In this document: piece after piece, positions 26,370 to 38,859 of the stretch
Layout: every line of letters starts with the position of its first letter
How positions within the stretch are numbered: position 1 is the first letter of the stretch
NCBI RefSeq assembly: GCF_006345805.1
Contig: NC_043008.1
Location: 47,678,001-47,742,000, forward strand
Length of the DNA stretch: 64,000 nucleotides
Reading direction: 5' to 3'
Source: Octopus sinensis
Taxonomy: Eukaryota
The notes under the pieces: generated by a model
The model's database searches: none
What the model was told of the DNA's origin: nothing
The model's input: only the letters and a program-made list of their open reading frames with translations
Translations under genes and position numbers: made by a program

Positions 26370-27800
26370 TTTTTTTATCACAACGATTGGTCGCACACCA
26401 TGAGGTTTAACGGAATCTACTGAAGCAAGCCAGCAAGTTCGCAGCATTAGCACGGGCGATGGCGAGGTTAAGGCGTTGGGGAAGCCAAGCGCCCTCACGG
26501 GCATCACCTGATCCTTGGGTGAGAACGTGCTGCGAACGATGACAAGAACTTCGCGGTTAGGGTCCCAGTCCCTCCAAACGTCTCAAACGCCACAGGTTGG
26601 AAGTGGTAGTTCACTGTAAGGCCCCGATAGTTCAGGGTTTTCTTCCGTTCGGCAATGGAAGCTGTGACCCTCCCATTAACTGAAGTATCCAGGATGTGTG
26701 AGAGTGCAAGGGACTCGCAGACTGTGGCGTCCCAAATAAGGCACTTACCTCTAAACTAAAGTCAGAGAGTAAGACCATCCGATCTATTTCCATCACTTCT
26801 CGAAACCCCTACAGCGCCAGATCTGAGGGGATATTAATCCAAAGCAGGGCCCGCTTAATGATTAGGTTTAGGTCGGCGTGACGGGCGAAGAAACCATTAC
26901 TTAGGGCGATAAGACAGACCGTGAAGACCTGTAGGGGTGGAAGGGCTTACCACAACGGCATCTCAGTCCCCTACAGACGTCAGCTCCCACTCTGAATGCG
27001 ATGGAGGTGTGGAGTCCATCTAGTCCGAGTAGACCGCCAATGTTGGCCACAGGCATCAATCGAGTCTAATGAAACTTTTGAAATTAGGCGACACCTTAAA
27101 AGTTGATCAGATTAATCAAGGAGAGAGTTGGAAGTGGCACCTAAACGCAGAGTGTTCCATACTCTCAATTTCCATCTATCCCCCCTCCACCCTAACTGGA
27201 CCTGACAAACCCAGCTGTCTCTCTACTATGATAGAGCTTCATCCATCTCCCTGTTGGAATTAGTCCATGTTGGAGAAGAGAGGATGTTGCCTACCAAAGG
27301 GGAGAAAGCGTTGATGGAGGAAAGAAAACAAGGAAAAGATAAAGACGAGCACTTGCGCAGACCTAGACCCCCCTCGATCATCGACCTCGCAGTTGCAAGC
27401 ACCATCGAGCTAACAGACGTTTAGGTCTAGGTCGGCTCCCATCTTAGTGACATCATCAATACCCAATGTGAATAGGGCAGGACCAAGTGGTTCACTCTGT
27501 TGGACTCCAGAGGCAGATGGGATGAGGTGGTCACCAAACGAGAGGCAAGAGTGCTCCCGATATGCTTGCCAAGCAAAGTGATAAAATGGTGGATGATTCT
27601 GCCTTACTACGCGAAGGATGATGTCTCGACTGATGGAGTTAAAAGGTCAAGTTTGCGGATGACCTTTGGGCTCTCACAGGGCAAGTTGGTGAAAGCCCTG
27701 GTGACATATGCAGCAGCCTCACAACTTAGTTTAGTACCTACCAACACCTAGCTAAGTAGAGGGAAAATCCTCGATTAGGCAGGTAGAAACTGAGGACAGG
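26370..27800 (-). mobile_element. CRE-clade non-LTR retrotransposon, 5'-truncated, internally deleted, pseudogenised (RT, zinc knuckle, RLE)
   Basis: RT: CEAAAYVTRAF...KLD..NSISRDIILRVV..FYHFAWQAY..LSFGDHLIPSASGVQQSEPLGPALF..LNVC*LDG. Then GGLGLRKCSSLSFPCFLSS; CRCG..GLHGLS..ARHADLNLIIKRAL; DGNRSDGLTL..GKCLIWDATV..AERKK..Y..FQPVAFETFG; GDAREGAWLPQRLNLAIARANA*. Short 3' UTR and A7 tail at about 26370. Confidence 0.85.
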
Positions 27801-28441
27801 CACAGTTATCCTTTCTCTAAATAACTCTGAAAGTAGTCTTTAAATTCCTTACTCTAATCTAAAACAAAAACATTTCGAAATTCTTGACATCTTTATGAGT
27901 GCGTTTTTTTATTCTATTCAATTGAGACTATAATTTTCAGTTTGAAATCGATCCATCAGATGACCGCTGGCGATTTACTCTTGTAAACCGATGCTGAATA
28001 ATATGAAGGAAACGGTGTAGACAATTAAACCAACTTTAACATTCACTGAAATAAAATCAGGAACATTATTATTTTCTGGATTGTCTGAATCTACCCACGA
28101 TCTCCATTAAATGCAACAACACATTCTTCAGAAAAAATAGAGAATGTCACGTGTTTCTATAATGCCCTGAATTTTACTTCAGGCTGTGTATAACTTTTTT
28201 TTTATACATATGTATATAAGTAAGTATTCTCCGCGACAGTTATCTGCGTACGTGTAGCTGGGAAGCTTTGCAATTAGCCAACGATGAAAGAAAACAAAAC
28301 CTCTTATTCTTCCACAACAACAAAATAATGCTGTTTAAAAATGCAGAATCATGATTTTGTTTGCGCCATCAGCAAATATATTATTTAAAAGGTCATTTTG
28401 TCAGCACAATTGGGTAAGATTTCCTTTGTTTCTCTGTTCAG

Positions 28442-28457
28442 AATGACGACGGCAGAG
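28442..28457 (+). CDS. Candidate micro-exon (A-ATG ACG ACG GCA GAG, MTTAE)
   Basis: Strong pyrimidine tract tttcctttgtttctctgttcag; donor GAG|gtaaac. Confidence 0.25.
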
Positions 28458-28820
28458 GTAAACTATTTCTGCATGGTTGCAGAGGAACGTATTGTGTTAT
28501 AAGACTTTAGATATGAAGTAAAACATGATTCTATAGAGGGAAGTTTATAATTTTTCATTTCCAATTGAACAAATTACTAAGAATAATCTTTTAACTAGGA
28601 TTGGAATACTCTCCTTCAAGTCTAACATTTGCAATCGTATTTCTTTAGTTAATGACAACAGGAGGACATTATTCCATGCAGATAGAGAGAGAGAGAGAGA
28701 CAAAGAATGAGAGAAAGAGAGAAATATCCATGAAAATATCTTCATTAAATTTGTAAATGTGAGATACGAAGCAGTGTTTGAGTAACCTCCGTAGCATATG
28801 TAACCCAGTAACTCTTCCAG

Positions 28821-28880
28821 GTTGCAATGATTCTTGGTAACAGATTATGTAGGACAGACTCGTGCAGAAACCACTTTTCA
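28821..28880 (+). CDS. Candidate 60-nt exon (VAMILGNRLCRTDSCRNHFS, phase 0-0)
   Basis: Acceptor actcttccag, donor TCA|gtaagt; in frame with the 28442-28457 candidate. No homology recognised. Confidence 0.25.
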
Positions 28881-30120
28881 GTAAGTATTTGGTCAGACAT
28901 CGAGTCAGAGATTAACATTCCACCATGTGCCAGGGAGCACCTAAAATGGGGCATGGGGTACTACCTTTCCTGTTCTAAGATGTTAAAATATTCTACAAAT
29001 ATTACCGAAAAGGAGGAGTAAAATTGTAATCGACACCTTAAGCTGGAAATTTCTTGAATTCCTTCGCTGATTTGAAAGCTTAAAATTAATGAGAAGGTAT
29101 GAAAGTTATTTACCAATGTAAACAGTCAGAAAAGAGTGAAGGCAGAGACATTAAGTGAGAGTGTGAGAGAGGACAATTAAAAATAGATAGAAAAAATAGC
29201 GTTTAAACATGTCAAATAAAATATGAACTTAGTGGAATTAATTATTTATTTTATTATAACTGAGAGGTCAATGAAAGGAGAACAAATATTGGTTTGATGT
29301 TTTTTTACGGTCATTTTGTGCTTTTGAATGCGATTATTTAAAACAAATATCTTTTGCCAGAGATTTATCAAAGCCGTTTATATTTATCATTAAATCCCCC
29401 TAAATACCAATTAAATATCAATTTATATTCGAAAACATTTCCCATATACATTTATTTTATGATATGCATAAAAGCCACTATTTCATACACTCACTCAGCT
29501 CGACAAATAATTTGTTTGAAGAAAAGAAATATTTTAATGGAATGTGTGTGTGTGTGTCGTTGAGGAGATGCAGATGCGTTCACGGTTACTAACTGTTCCG
29601 AACTGCTGAGAAGTGAAAGCACGTTTGGTCGTACACTGGCTGTGTCGGAGAACATGAAGTTAGTGGAGTTGTAGGAACCATGTGTTGCAGAAATGGAGAT
29701 AGATTGAATCAATGGATGACATTTATACAGCTGTTGGTATTCGTGGGAGAGAACGCTAGAGACAGCAGTTGTATTCATAGATGGAAAAAGGCTTTAATAA
29801 CAGGAAGACTTTCATTGACAATGCGCAGGCAAATGGTTGGAACAATGGAGTCTAGATACGTTAGAAGAAAGACAAATACAAAGAATACCATGGCAATGGA
29901 GCCATGTTAGAACTTAATGGATGTGAGGTTCGAAATTTGTGTTTTAGTTAGAAATAATGAACAGAAATGTTCATTTCAGTTCTAAATTTATACTCTCGTA
30001 ACTTTAACAGAATCAGCGCCCCCTTTTGATTAAATATTCATTGTCAAGCAAATAATTTCAGGTTCGCTTGAACAATGCATAATATTCTGCTATCATTATC
30101 ACCATCACAATCATCATGAC

Positions 30121-30165
<45 letters not shown>

Positions 30166-30169
<4 letters not shown>

Positions 30170-30515
30170 TAGTTTTATTTTTATTTTTATAGCGTGCTTT
30201 CACTTCACTACCGAGCGCAGCTCTGTGTGCCTTGGGTATGTGCTGTGATTTGTTGTGATGCTCTGATGGTTATTGTATGGAAAGTGTTCTGCGTAGGATG
30301 TGTGCAGTGCCTAGTAGTGCAATTTTCTGTATGTTATATGTGTTTGTAAGTCCTGGTGTTTTTGTTATGTATTTGTCTGAATATGTTTTTATCATGCCTA
30401 ATGCACCTACTATGATAGGAATTGTTTCTGTTTTCAGATTCCACATTCTAGTTACCTCTATTTCCAGGTCTTTGTATTTTGAGAGTTTCTCCATTTCTTT
30501 TAGAGACACGTTGTC
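30166..30515 (-). mobile_element. R4/Dong-like LINE 3' end (RLE C-terminus, 3' UTR, (TAA)n tail at 30119-30165)
   Basis: Uninterrupted ORF SLKEMEKLSKYKDLEIEVTRMWNLKTETIPIIVGALG..IQKIALLGTAHILRRTL* is a typical R4 RLE terminus; the UTR matches 1671-1770. Confidence 0.9.
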
Positions 30516-30815
30516 ATCCTGGCAGATTCGGTAGCACGCTGGACGGAATACTAAGCAGTGTTTCGCCCGTTGCTACGTTCTGAGCTCAAATTCCGTGGGG
30601 GTTGACTGTGTCATTCATTCTTTCAGGGTCGTTAAATTAAGTACCAGTGAAACTTATGACTATTAAGGCGGTGAGCTGGTAGAATCATTAGCACTGCGGC
30701 CGAAAGTTATAGAGGCATTTCGTCAATAAATAAAGTACCAGTTGTTGACTGGGGTCGATGTAATCGATTAGCCCCCCTCCCCCAAATTTCAGGCCTTGCA
30801 CCTTCAGTAGAAATT
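30516..30815 (+). mobile_element. Two tandem SINE B copies (second internally deleted)
   Basis: ctggcagattcggtagcacgc...ctgagctcaaattccg...aagtaccagt, then ggcggtgagctggtagaatc...aagtaccagtt...ggggtcgatgtaatcg. Confidence 0.75.
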
Positions 30816-30819
30816 ATTA

Positions 30820-30823
30820 ATGT

Positions 30824-30859
<36 letters not shown>

Positions 30860-30877
30860 TATTATTATTATTATTAA

Positions 30878-30943
<66 letters not shown>

Positions 30944-30996
30944 CATTATTATTATTATTATTGTTATTATTATTGTTATTATTATTGTTGTTGTTG
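30820..30996. repeat. (AAT)n switching to (ATT)n microsatellite
   Basis: Strand switch at about 30858. Confidence 0.9.
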
Positions 30997-31294
30997 TATT
31001 TGGGGATGGTCATGTTGCCAGTTTAGCCAAAAAAATCACACGCACTATATATTTGGTGTTCACTTGCTTCGGCTTTATCTTATATTAATCGTATTTCGGC
31101 TAGAGTTCTTTCGTTACATTTCTGTGACCTCATCAGTGGCCCTTCGCTTTCTTCTCTCTTTTTTGTGTGTCTCTCCTTACTAGTGATCTGGCTGAAATAC
31201 AATTAACACAAAATTAAACTGAAGCAAGTGAACACCAAATATATATTGCGCGTGTTTTCATTGGCTAAACTGGCAAAATGACCATCCCCAAATA
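30997..31294. mobile_element. Foldback element with about 76-bp inverted arms
   Basis: tatttggggatggtcatgttgccagtttagccaa...ggtgttcacttgcttcgg (30997-31072) vs ctgaagcaagtgaacacc...ttggctaaactggcaaaatgaccatccccaaata (31217-31294). Confidence 0.8.
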
Positions 31295-31356
31295 GAACAA
31301 TATCTGCTTCAACACACGAATCCAAATCAAGACTCTTGCAAAACGAATATATAAAC

Positions 31357-31398
31357 GTTATTATTATTATTATTATCATCATCATCATCATCATCATA

Positions 31399-31468
<70 letters not shown>
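31357..31468. repeat. (ATT)n/(ATC)n microsatellite
   Basis: Compound trinucleotide run. Confidence 0.9.
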
Positions 31469-31469
<1 letters not shown>

Positions 31470-31667
31470 ACCGAATGATTTGAAGAAAGCCAGCAACAAA
31501 TCTTGTAAGAACAGAATTTGTAATACATTTATAACATTGTGTTGTCATAATTCACTTTTATAAATGCTGACTATAACCCATGTTCTACGCAAATGATGTT
31601 GTGCCAATATAATGTATTAAATATATATAAAACAGTTTGAGTGATGAATATGTCTTCGAGAAATCAC

Positions 31668-31685
31668 AGTAGTAGTAGTAGTAGC

Positions 31686-31763
<78 letters not shown>

Positions 31764-31772
31764 GGTGGTGGT
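31668..31772. repeat. (GTA)n(GTG)n microsatellite
   Basis: Compound trinucleotide run. Confidence 0.9.
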
Positions 31773-32851
31773 AAATGGCTAACATGAAGAGAGAGAAAAT
31801 GCATGCTATGGAATACAAATACCACAAGATAATAGCGGGAATTCTCTGAAAGAAGCTGATAAAGTGTCCGTGGGGTAGAACGAGGAACACAACTGCTTTC
31901 TGTTTGTTTTTTCTTTCTTTTCTTTAAAGGAAATTGAATATAAAAATTTAGCTTTGATTCAATCTGTTAAAAACCCTCAACCCGTTATATGAGAAATACG
32001 GAGGATTATAATTAACATCATCATCAGTATCATCGTAATCAATATTATCATTATTATCGTAATGAACACTTTGATATTTGCGCCTTCTAATATGAAAGAC
32101 TCCGACGGTTATAATGATATTCGCCAACGATAACACATTAACCATTAAGAACCAATCAGTCAGAGGCACGTGTATAGACAAAACTCTGTGTGAAGTGTAA
32201 CAGTAGACAATGGAAGCGATCAGACATTGGAAAACGCTCACACACACAAACACACACATATCTATACACGTAAACTTATACAATGTTCACACAGTTTTTC
32301 TTTCTGTTTGACACCAGTTTTTGAATTTTATATTTTATATTTTTTTGTCTCAAAATTAAAGGTCAAATTCTAACATTTCATCACTTTCAACATATATTAT
32401 TTGTTGAGAACACAAAACCTTATTTCACACTCTTTCTTTCTCTTCCTTTTTCTTTCTCTTTCTTTAAATTTTGTTATCTCTCAGTCATCAATTTATTTGT
32501 CCACTTTACGGATTTTTACTCCTCTTTTCCCTTTCTCAGTGAAAACTTCTCTCCTCCAGCGCGCTGCTGCATTTATCTCTCACTCTCCAACCCTTACACA
32601 CACACACACGTATGTATATATATATATGTGTGTGTGTGTGTGCATGTATGTGTGTATATGGACTTCTGTGTGAGTGTACTTTTCCCTCTCTCTTCCCCTC
32701 GTTCGTTTCTTTTGTACATCTTTCACTATCAGCTTCCTCCTCACCTCATTCTACTTCTCTTATACGGTTTCACACTAACTTTTCTCTTCTCCTTTCAATT
32801 TCCACCTCTTTTCCATTTTCTTTCTTTCTCGCTCTCTCTCCACATATACAA

Positions 32852-32891
<40 letters not shown>

Positions 32892-33904
32892 CTTTCTCTC
32901 TTCCTCTCTCGCTCACTTTCTCTGACCCATTATTGCAACAAGCTACACTAAAAGGTCAAACATTTCACTGTAACAAAGACTTTGGGAAAGAAGGCCTCAG
33001 TTGGCTCAGGCACGACAGCAACATAGCAATATGTGGAACAAAGACCAACTAACGCAAGCACGGATCCTGCTATTCGACGCTTTTAGAGAAATTAGAATAT
33101 TTTCAAAGTATAATGGTTTATGCTGAAAGGAAGTGGATTTCGGAAAAGAAGGAACAATGTTTTTCTAAAGCACAGAAACATAATATCCGAATAATAATTT
33201 AAACAAAAACTCAAATTAGAAATTATGTCTCAGATATCAGTCTTTGGATCCTGTTGCTCATAAATGAATTACATAAGACTAAAAAAGCAGAAGATACATT
33301 GGACCACGTCGATTTCAAATCAATAAATATATAAAAGTTAACAAGCGATTTTTTTTATATTTTCACAAAGACTATTAATGAATTTAGGAATGGATTTGAG
33401 TGTTATGTTTGCTTGTAATGAAAATCTTTGGCTCAATTTGTTATTAAAGAAATGTCAAGATACCTGGATTCTTGTGTCTCAATTATCTTTGATTAAATCC
33501 ATGTTAAGTCGATAAAGTATGAAATGGATTTCAAATCTTAGTCGTTGGTTTAACCAGATAGCAACCTCATTAAGGAAACACCTAGGATCAGAGATGTAAC
33601 AATTTTGACCCTCCCGACTTTTTATTTAAAAGTATCTAACACTATATAATGCAATGTGTACGTTGCTGTTAAGATTTGATGAACATATTTTTTCCATTTC
33701 TAGCCAAACAGAATCAAACATCTAAGTAGACGCTTAATCCTTGCTTCAATCAGCCAATCAACACCATTGTTCAATTAAATAATCAAAAGCATTGTTGCAA
33801 ATATTTATTCTTGAATCTCTAGATGCATATTTACAACTAAGATTAACTACTTCAGAAACAGCCACTGAGATTGTACAAATACAATATTAAATGTATTTGC
33901 TTAT

Positions 33905-34310
33905 AGGCGCATGGTTCAGGGTTCAGTCCCACTGCGTGGCACCTTGGGCACGTTGCTTCTACTATAGCCTCGGACTGACCAGAAATTCGTGAGCGGATTT
34001 GCTAGACGGAAACTGAGACAAATCTGACGTGTATATATATATATATATATGCGCAAACACACACACACACACACACACACGCAAACGCGTGTGTATGTGT
34101 GTGTCTGTGTGTTTGTGGATATATATATATATATATTATGTGTTTATGCCACGGTTATCTAATCTAGCTGTTTGGCAATGGTAACCGATGTCAAAAGTAC
34201 CAGGCTTAAAGAATTGTACTGAAGTCGATCCCCTTCACTAAAACTTCTAGAAGGTGGTGCCCCAGAATGGCCGCAGTCTAATGACTGAAACAAGTAAAGG
34301 ATAAAAGCAA
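33905..34310 (+). mobile_element. SINE family A, degenerate
   Basis: gggttcagtcccactgcgtggcaccttgggc...gacggaaactga...atggccgcagtctaatgactgaaacaagtaaagg. Confidence 0.75.
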
Positions 34311-34419
34311 AAAGAAAGATATATATAATTAAGATTAGAGATTTTTTAAGGTTGGAACGATGTTAAATTCATCCTTGATAACAAACCTTAATGAAAACAG
34401 CATTCCTGAATAGTATTTA

Positions 34420-34797
34420 TTCCTTTTTTGCCCACAAGGGGTTAAAGGGATTAAATCGAGTGCATCGAACCCAGTGCGTAACTGGTACTTAATTTATCGA
34501 CCCCGAAAAGATAAAAGGCAAAGTCGAACTCGGCGGAATTTGAACTCAGAATGTAGCAGCATAAGAAATAACTATTTCTTTACCACCCACAATGGGCTAA
34601 ACACAGAGAGGACAAACAAGGACAGACAAAGAGATTAAGTCGATTATATAGACCCCAGTAACTGGTACTTGTTTAATTGACCCCGAAAGGATGAAAGGCA
34701 AAGTCGACCTGGGCGGAATTTGAACTCAGAACGCAGCGGCAGATGAAATACCGCTAAGCATTTCGCCCGGCGTGCTAACTATTCTGCCAGCTTGCCA
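34420..34797 (-). mobile_element. Two tandem SINE B copies
   Basis: Twice actggtactt..tt..cgaccccgaaa.gat.aaaggcaaagtcga.ct.ggcggaatttgaactcagaa; the second copy has a complete head (ctgccagcttgcc). Confidence 0.8.
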
Positions 34798-35358
34798 GAT
34801 TCCTGAATTTTGTCATTCCAAACTGCCTCAACGGCCACACACTCCATCTCCGTTTTGCGCTAAATTTGATGCGAAGTTATCAACAACTTCTCGAAACAAG
34901 TGATTAGGCAAATTATGAGAACGTCTCTATTCATATGATGAATAATTTAGCGCTCTCTTGTTTCAATGACTTCTTGAAATCAGCTTTGAGATATACTTAT
35001 ATCTTTTACTAAAACGTAATTAATTTATCTTGGGGAAAATATTCATTCAACAATGCCGTACAACATTAAACTGCTTTCCGACGTTAAAGTGGACGAGAAA
35101 CCTCACAACGTCAACAAGAAAATTAAATGATGTCTTCGCTGATTTATAAGAATAATCTTCCACAACATAACTATTTCAATTATCGACATATTTGAAAAGA
35201 ACTACAAAATTTCAATTAACTACAAATATATGTGCAAAGCAATAGGAATAGCTGTTTACATCTCTAGCTATATGTATGGACATATGTAGACAGATAGATA
35301 GATAGATTGATAGTGTGTGTGTACATATATGCATATGCATGCATATATATAGAGAGAG

Positions 35359-35414
<56 letters not shown>

Positions 35415-36488
35415 GATATATAGATAGATATATAGATAGATGGATGGATATATATATAGATAAACACAGAGAGAGAGAGAGAGAGAAGCAGACAGAAACT
35501 GAGAAAGGAAGGGTGGAAGACAACATTTATCTGATGATAATATATATATATGGTGGTTGTATGACTGTGTGCTCGCGTGAAAGACGTCAGTGAATATATA
35601 TACACACACACATAAACACACACATATGTGTATATATATATATATATATTTGCCTTTCTATGTGTTGCTATGTATATCTCAATCCTTGTGTGAATTTGTT
35701 ATTCAGAAACCTTCTTAAAATTTCAGCCATTATTTCCTCCTACCTCTTCCCCATCCTCCAGTTGAACACAATCTCATCAATCTAAAACTACTTTTCCCAC
35801 AAATGCTCCTTGTTCAGCACCAACATTTAAGCGCCTTTATTTCTTTTCTTCGAATTTGAAATGTGCAGTAATACAGCTAATGGCTCTATTATTCCAGAAG
35901 CATCCTTCGCTTTATTTGATAACCACCTAGAAACATGTGATTATAGACATACAATAGCCTGCTGATTTCATAGACCTATATCTCTTATTATGCACTCTAA
36001 ATCCGAGAGGTTGGCACTAATGTGTTAGAATCTGAAAAATTAAGCAAACTATTCTAAGACACGAGAGCAAATTCTTCCAGGTTCTGTGATAGGCTGAAGC
36101 CACTAAATTTATTCAATGTTTTCTAGTAGACCCTACTTGTAACAGACTTTATAAGACAGTATTGAAAGAATCATTTTTGATTCACTCTCTCCTTTAAGAG
36201 TGCAACACACTACTACTATTGTAGACAATTGATCACATGACGGTAATGAGCGGGCAAATATTTTTGAATATGATTCAATGATTTTTTTATTAGTAACATT
36301 CAAAATTTTCTAACAAAACCCTAACAATACTGTCAGACGAACGGGAACGTGAAACTCTGAGTAACAGCATTTGTTATATTTCTGCTGCTTTTAAATGAAG
36401 TGTTATATATATACATATATATATAAAGTGTATATATATATATACATATATAACAAAGTGGAGTTGTAGGGTACTGCACGAGTAGAAT

Positions 36489-36570
36489 TATATATGAAAA
36501 AAGGTTTGAAAATGCAATTTTAAAATGTTTATCTTTTAAAATTGCATTTCCAAACCTTCTTTCGTATATA
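36489..36570. repeat. Imperfect palindrome, about 36-bp stem with 8-nt loop
   Basis: tatatatgaaaaaaggtttgaaaatgcaattttaaaa-tgtttatc-ttttaaaattgcatttccaaaccttctttcgtatata. Confidence 0.85.
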
Positions 36571-36647
36571 TATACATAGGTAAAATGGTAAGATAACAAA
36601 AGAAAGAAAGATACCTCCATATTATGTAAATAGAGGAATTTATCTGT

Positions 36648-37080
36648 AAATATAATATGTTACAATTATTCAGTAGCTAAGATAAAACTCTGAGTTTCAG
36701 ATGCCGAGGTGGAACTCCACACCATTATCTCTTCAGTTATCCGGTCATCGGAAAATGCTATGAAAAATGACCATTATACAAAGGGAAATTACTGTGTTAT
36801 TGACGCTATTTAGACAAAAGAGCTATTTGAATGACTACTAATTAAGGTAAGGAGGTAAAAAGTTCATAGTATACGCGTAAGCGCGCCTGTTCATACGTAC
36901 ACATGTGCGCCCGGACACTTACATGCGTACGCATACATTCCTCCACCCTAACTAGAAAAATGTACACATTTTCACTCGCATCTTTCCCATCGTTTTTCCG
37001 ATGGCCAGATAACTGAAGAGATGGTGGTTTGGATTTCCACCTCGGCATCCGAAACGAATAATTGTCACATATTATATATA
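36648..37080. mobile_element. Foldback element with about 110-bp inverted arms, Penelope-repeat-like
   Basis: gtttcagatgccgaggtggaactcc...tctcttcagttatccggtcatcggaaaa vs ttttccgatggccagataactgaagagatgg...ccacctcggcatccgaaac. The left arm carries a 22-nt insertion. Arms contain CUGAAGA...GAAAC. Confidence 0.75.
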
Positions 37081-37537
37081 CATATTATACTTATTATATT
37101 TATATACATGCATTAGCCGTGATTATAAAATAAAATCTATCTGCTTTCTTTAGTAACGTATGGAAGTGCGACGTTAAAGAGTCTTCATTTGTTTTATACT
37201 TCATACTTCAGTGGCATCGCTTTGTCTCATCCTATTCGATAATTCAGTACATCGGATATATGTAGAAAATGTCTGACATCCCTCGGGGTCAGTTGATGAA
37301 TGCTGATTCTGTAGAGGTTAAAACCCCAGATAAAGCAAACTGTAATATATAACTAATTGGAAACGATAGATATTCGATTTTGCTTTTGTTCTATCAGTCT
37401 GCCAGCTGGTCACCAATCGATATATTCACAATTCAAGACATCTACTTCGTTTTCTTTCGCTTTAGCATCTTCATACAGTCGCGTCATATTTTGGATGTAT
37501 ATACATGTATACATATATATATATGTGTGTGTGTATG

Positions 37538-37589
<52 letters not shown>

Positions 37590-38821
37590 TGTGTGGTGTG
37601 CTTGTATGTGTGTGTGCGTGCGTATATGTCTGTGCCTGGGTGAGTGCGTGCGTGCGTGTGTATGCATGTAACCGTGCCTTTACGTTGATGTCGGCAAATA
37701 CGTTATCAGTTTTGCGTTGGAGACAAATATTTCTTTCTTTCTTTCCTAACCTGTGTCTCCTGAAGATGAATGAGTTCTAATTGGTGTAAAAGTGCCAAGA
37801 CCCACAGCATGTCCCCATGACGCCCCTTGAGTTTCATTAGAAGTTGAGAGCCCGAGTGAGAGATGTATATGTGTTCGTACGTATGCAAGTATACATGTAC
37901 GTACAAGATATATACTGGATAGATGCACAATACAAATGCACACACAGACACACACACACAAACACACACACACACACACACACACATACATATACATACA
38001 CGCCATGCATTTAAAGAAGGCACAGCCGTGATCTGTCTTTCTGACATCATGACTCAATTTCATTATAATTCTTGAAATATGAGTCAAATTCCACCTTCAT
38101 CCACATGAATACCAATTCATGGAAGTTAATTACTGGGCGATTTAAATGCATAACTTGTTCCTGCATTACAAACTGATGCTGAGCAATACGATAGATCATG
38201 TAGTATTGATTTACTTACCACCAAGCAGATAGCATTCATGATATATGCAAATATTTTATATTCTCTATGATCATAATTCTATAAATTATATGCAAGACTT
38301 CTATTTAGTCCTTTATCCTTTAAACTGCTCGCCGAAATATACCGAAATCATTATATCCTTCTGTAATGTTTCCCTTATTTGCTAATATTTCCTCTGATAA
38401 AATTGGTCAGGCTGCATCTAGTTCACTATAATGATAAAAATTAAAAGCTTTACCTGCATTCAACTTATACGACACTTTTACGGGCAACCAAGTTATAATG
38501 CTGGTAAATATGTGGAGGCTTTCCTAATGTTTTATCAAATTTGGAAGCGTACTTTCATCTGAAACAGCAATTTTGTAACCTTTTGTAACTTTCTTCCGCA
38601 AAACAAGTGTTGTCTTATGTATAAAACGCATAATGATCTACGTTTGTTCTTGCGTGATTGATTCTGCATGTATATATATATATATATTGGAGAGTATTGT
38701 AGTTCGCTTGAATCATTATGTATTGTTTGTAAAGAATAAAAAGTTTTGAATGGTACAACAATGCACTATAATATAAACAATGGGCTATATACCTCTTGTT
38801 ATTTTAGTCGTCCATAGTCTG

Positions 38822-38859
38822 ATATGATATTTCGGAATAAAATTCTTTCATCAGATATT
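38822..38859 (-). ncRNA. Minimal type I hammerhead ribozyme (CUGAUGA core), sense to the Penelope ORF
   Basis: Minus strand AAUAU-CUGAUGA-AAG aauuuuauu CC-GAAAU-AUC-AUAU; putative cleavage after AUC. Helix II is weakened by one substitution. Confidence 0.65.

Noticed and set aside
31110-31140. Functional hammerhead (minus strand CUGAUGA..GAAAU GUA)
   Set aside because: Helix II and helix I cannot be paired; kept only as a hint of PLE origin.
37752-37826. Minus-strand exon candidate (ASWGHAVGLGTFTPIRTHSSSGDT)
   Set aside because: Weak acceptor, non-consensus donor (gttagg), and the HExGH resemblance lacks the HE residues.
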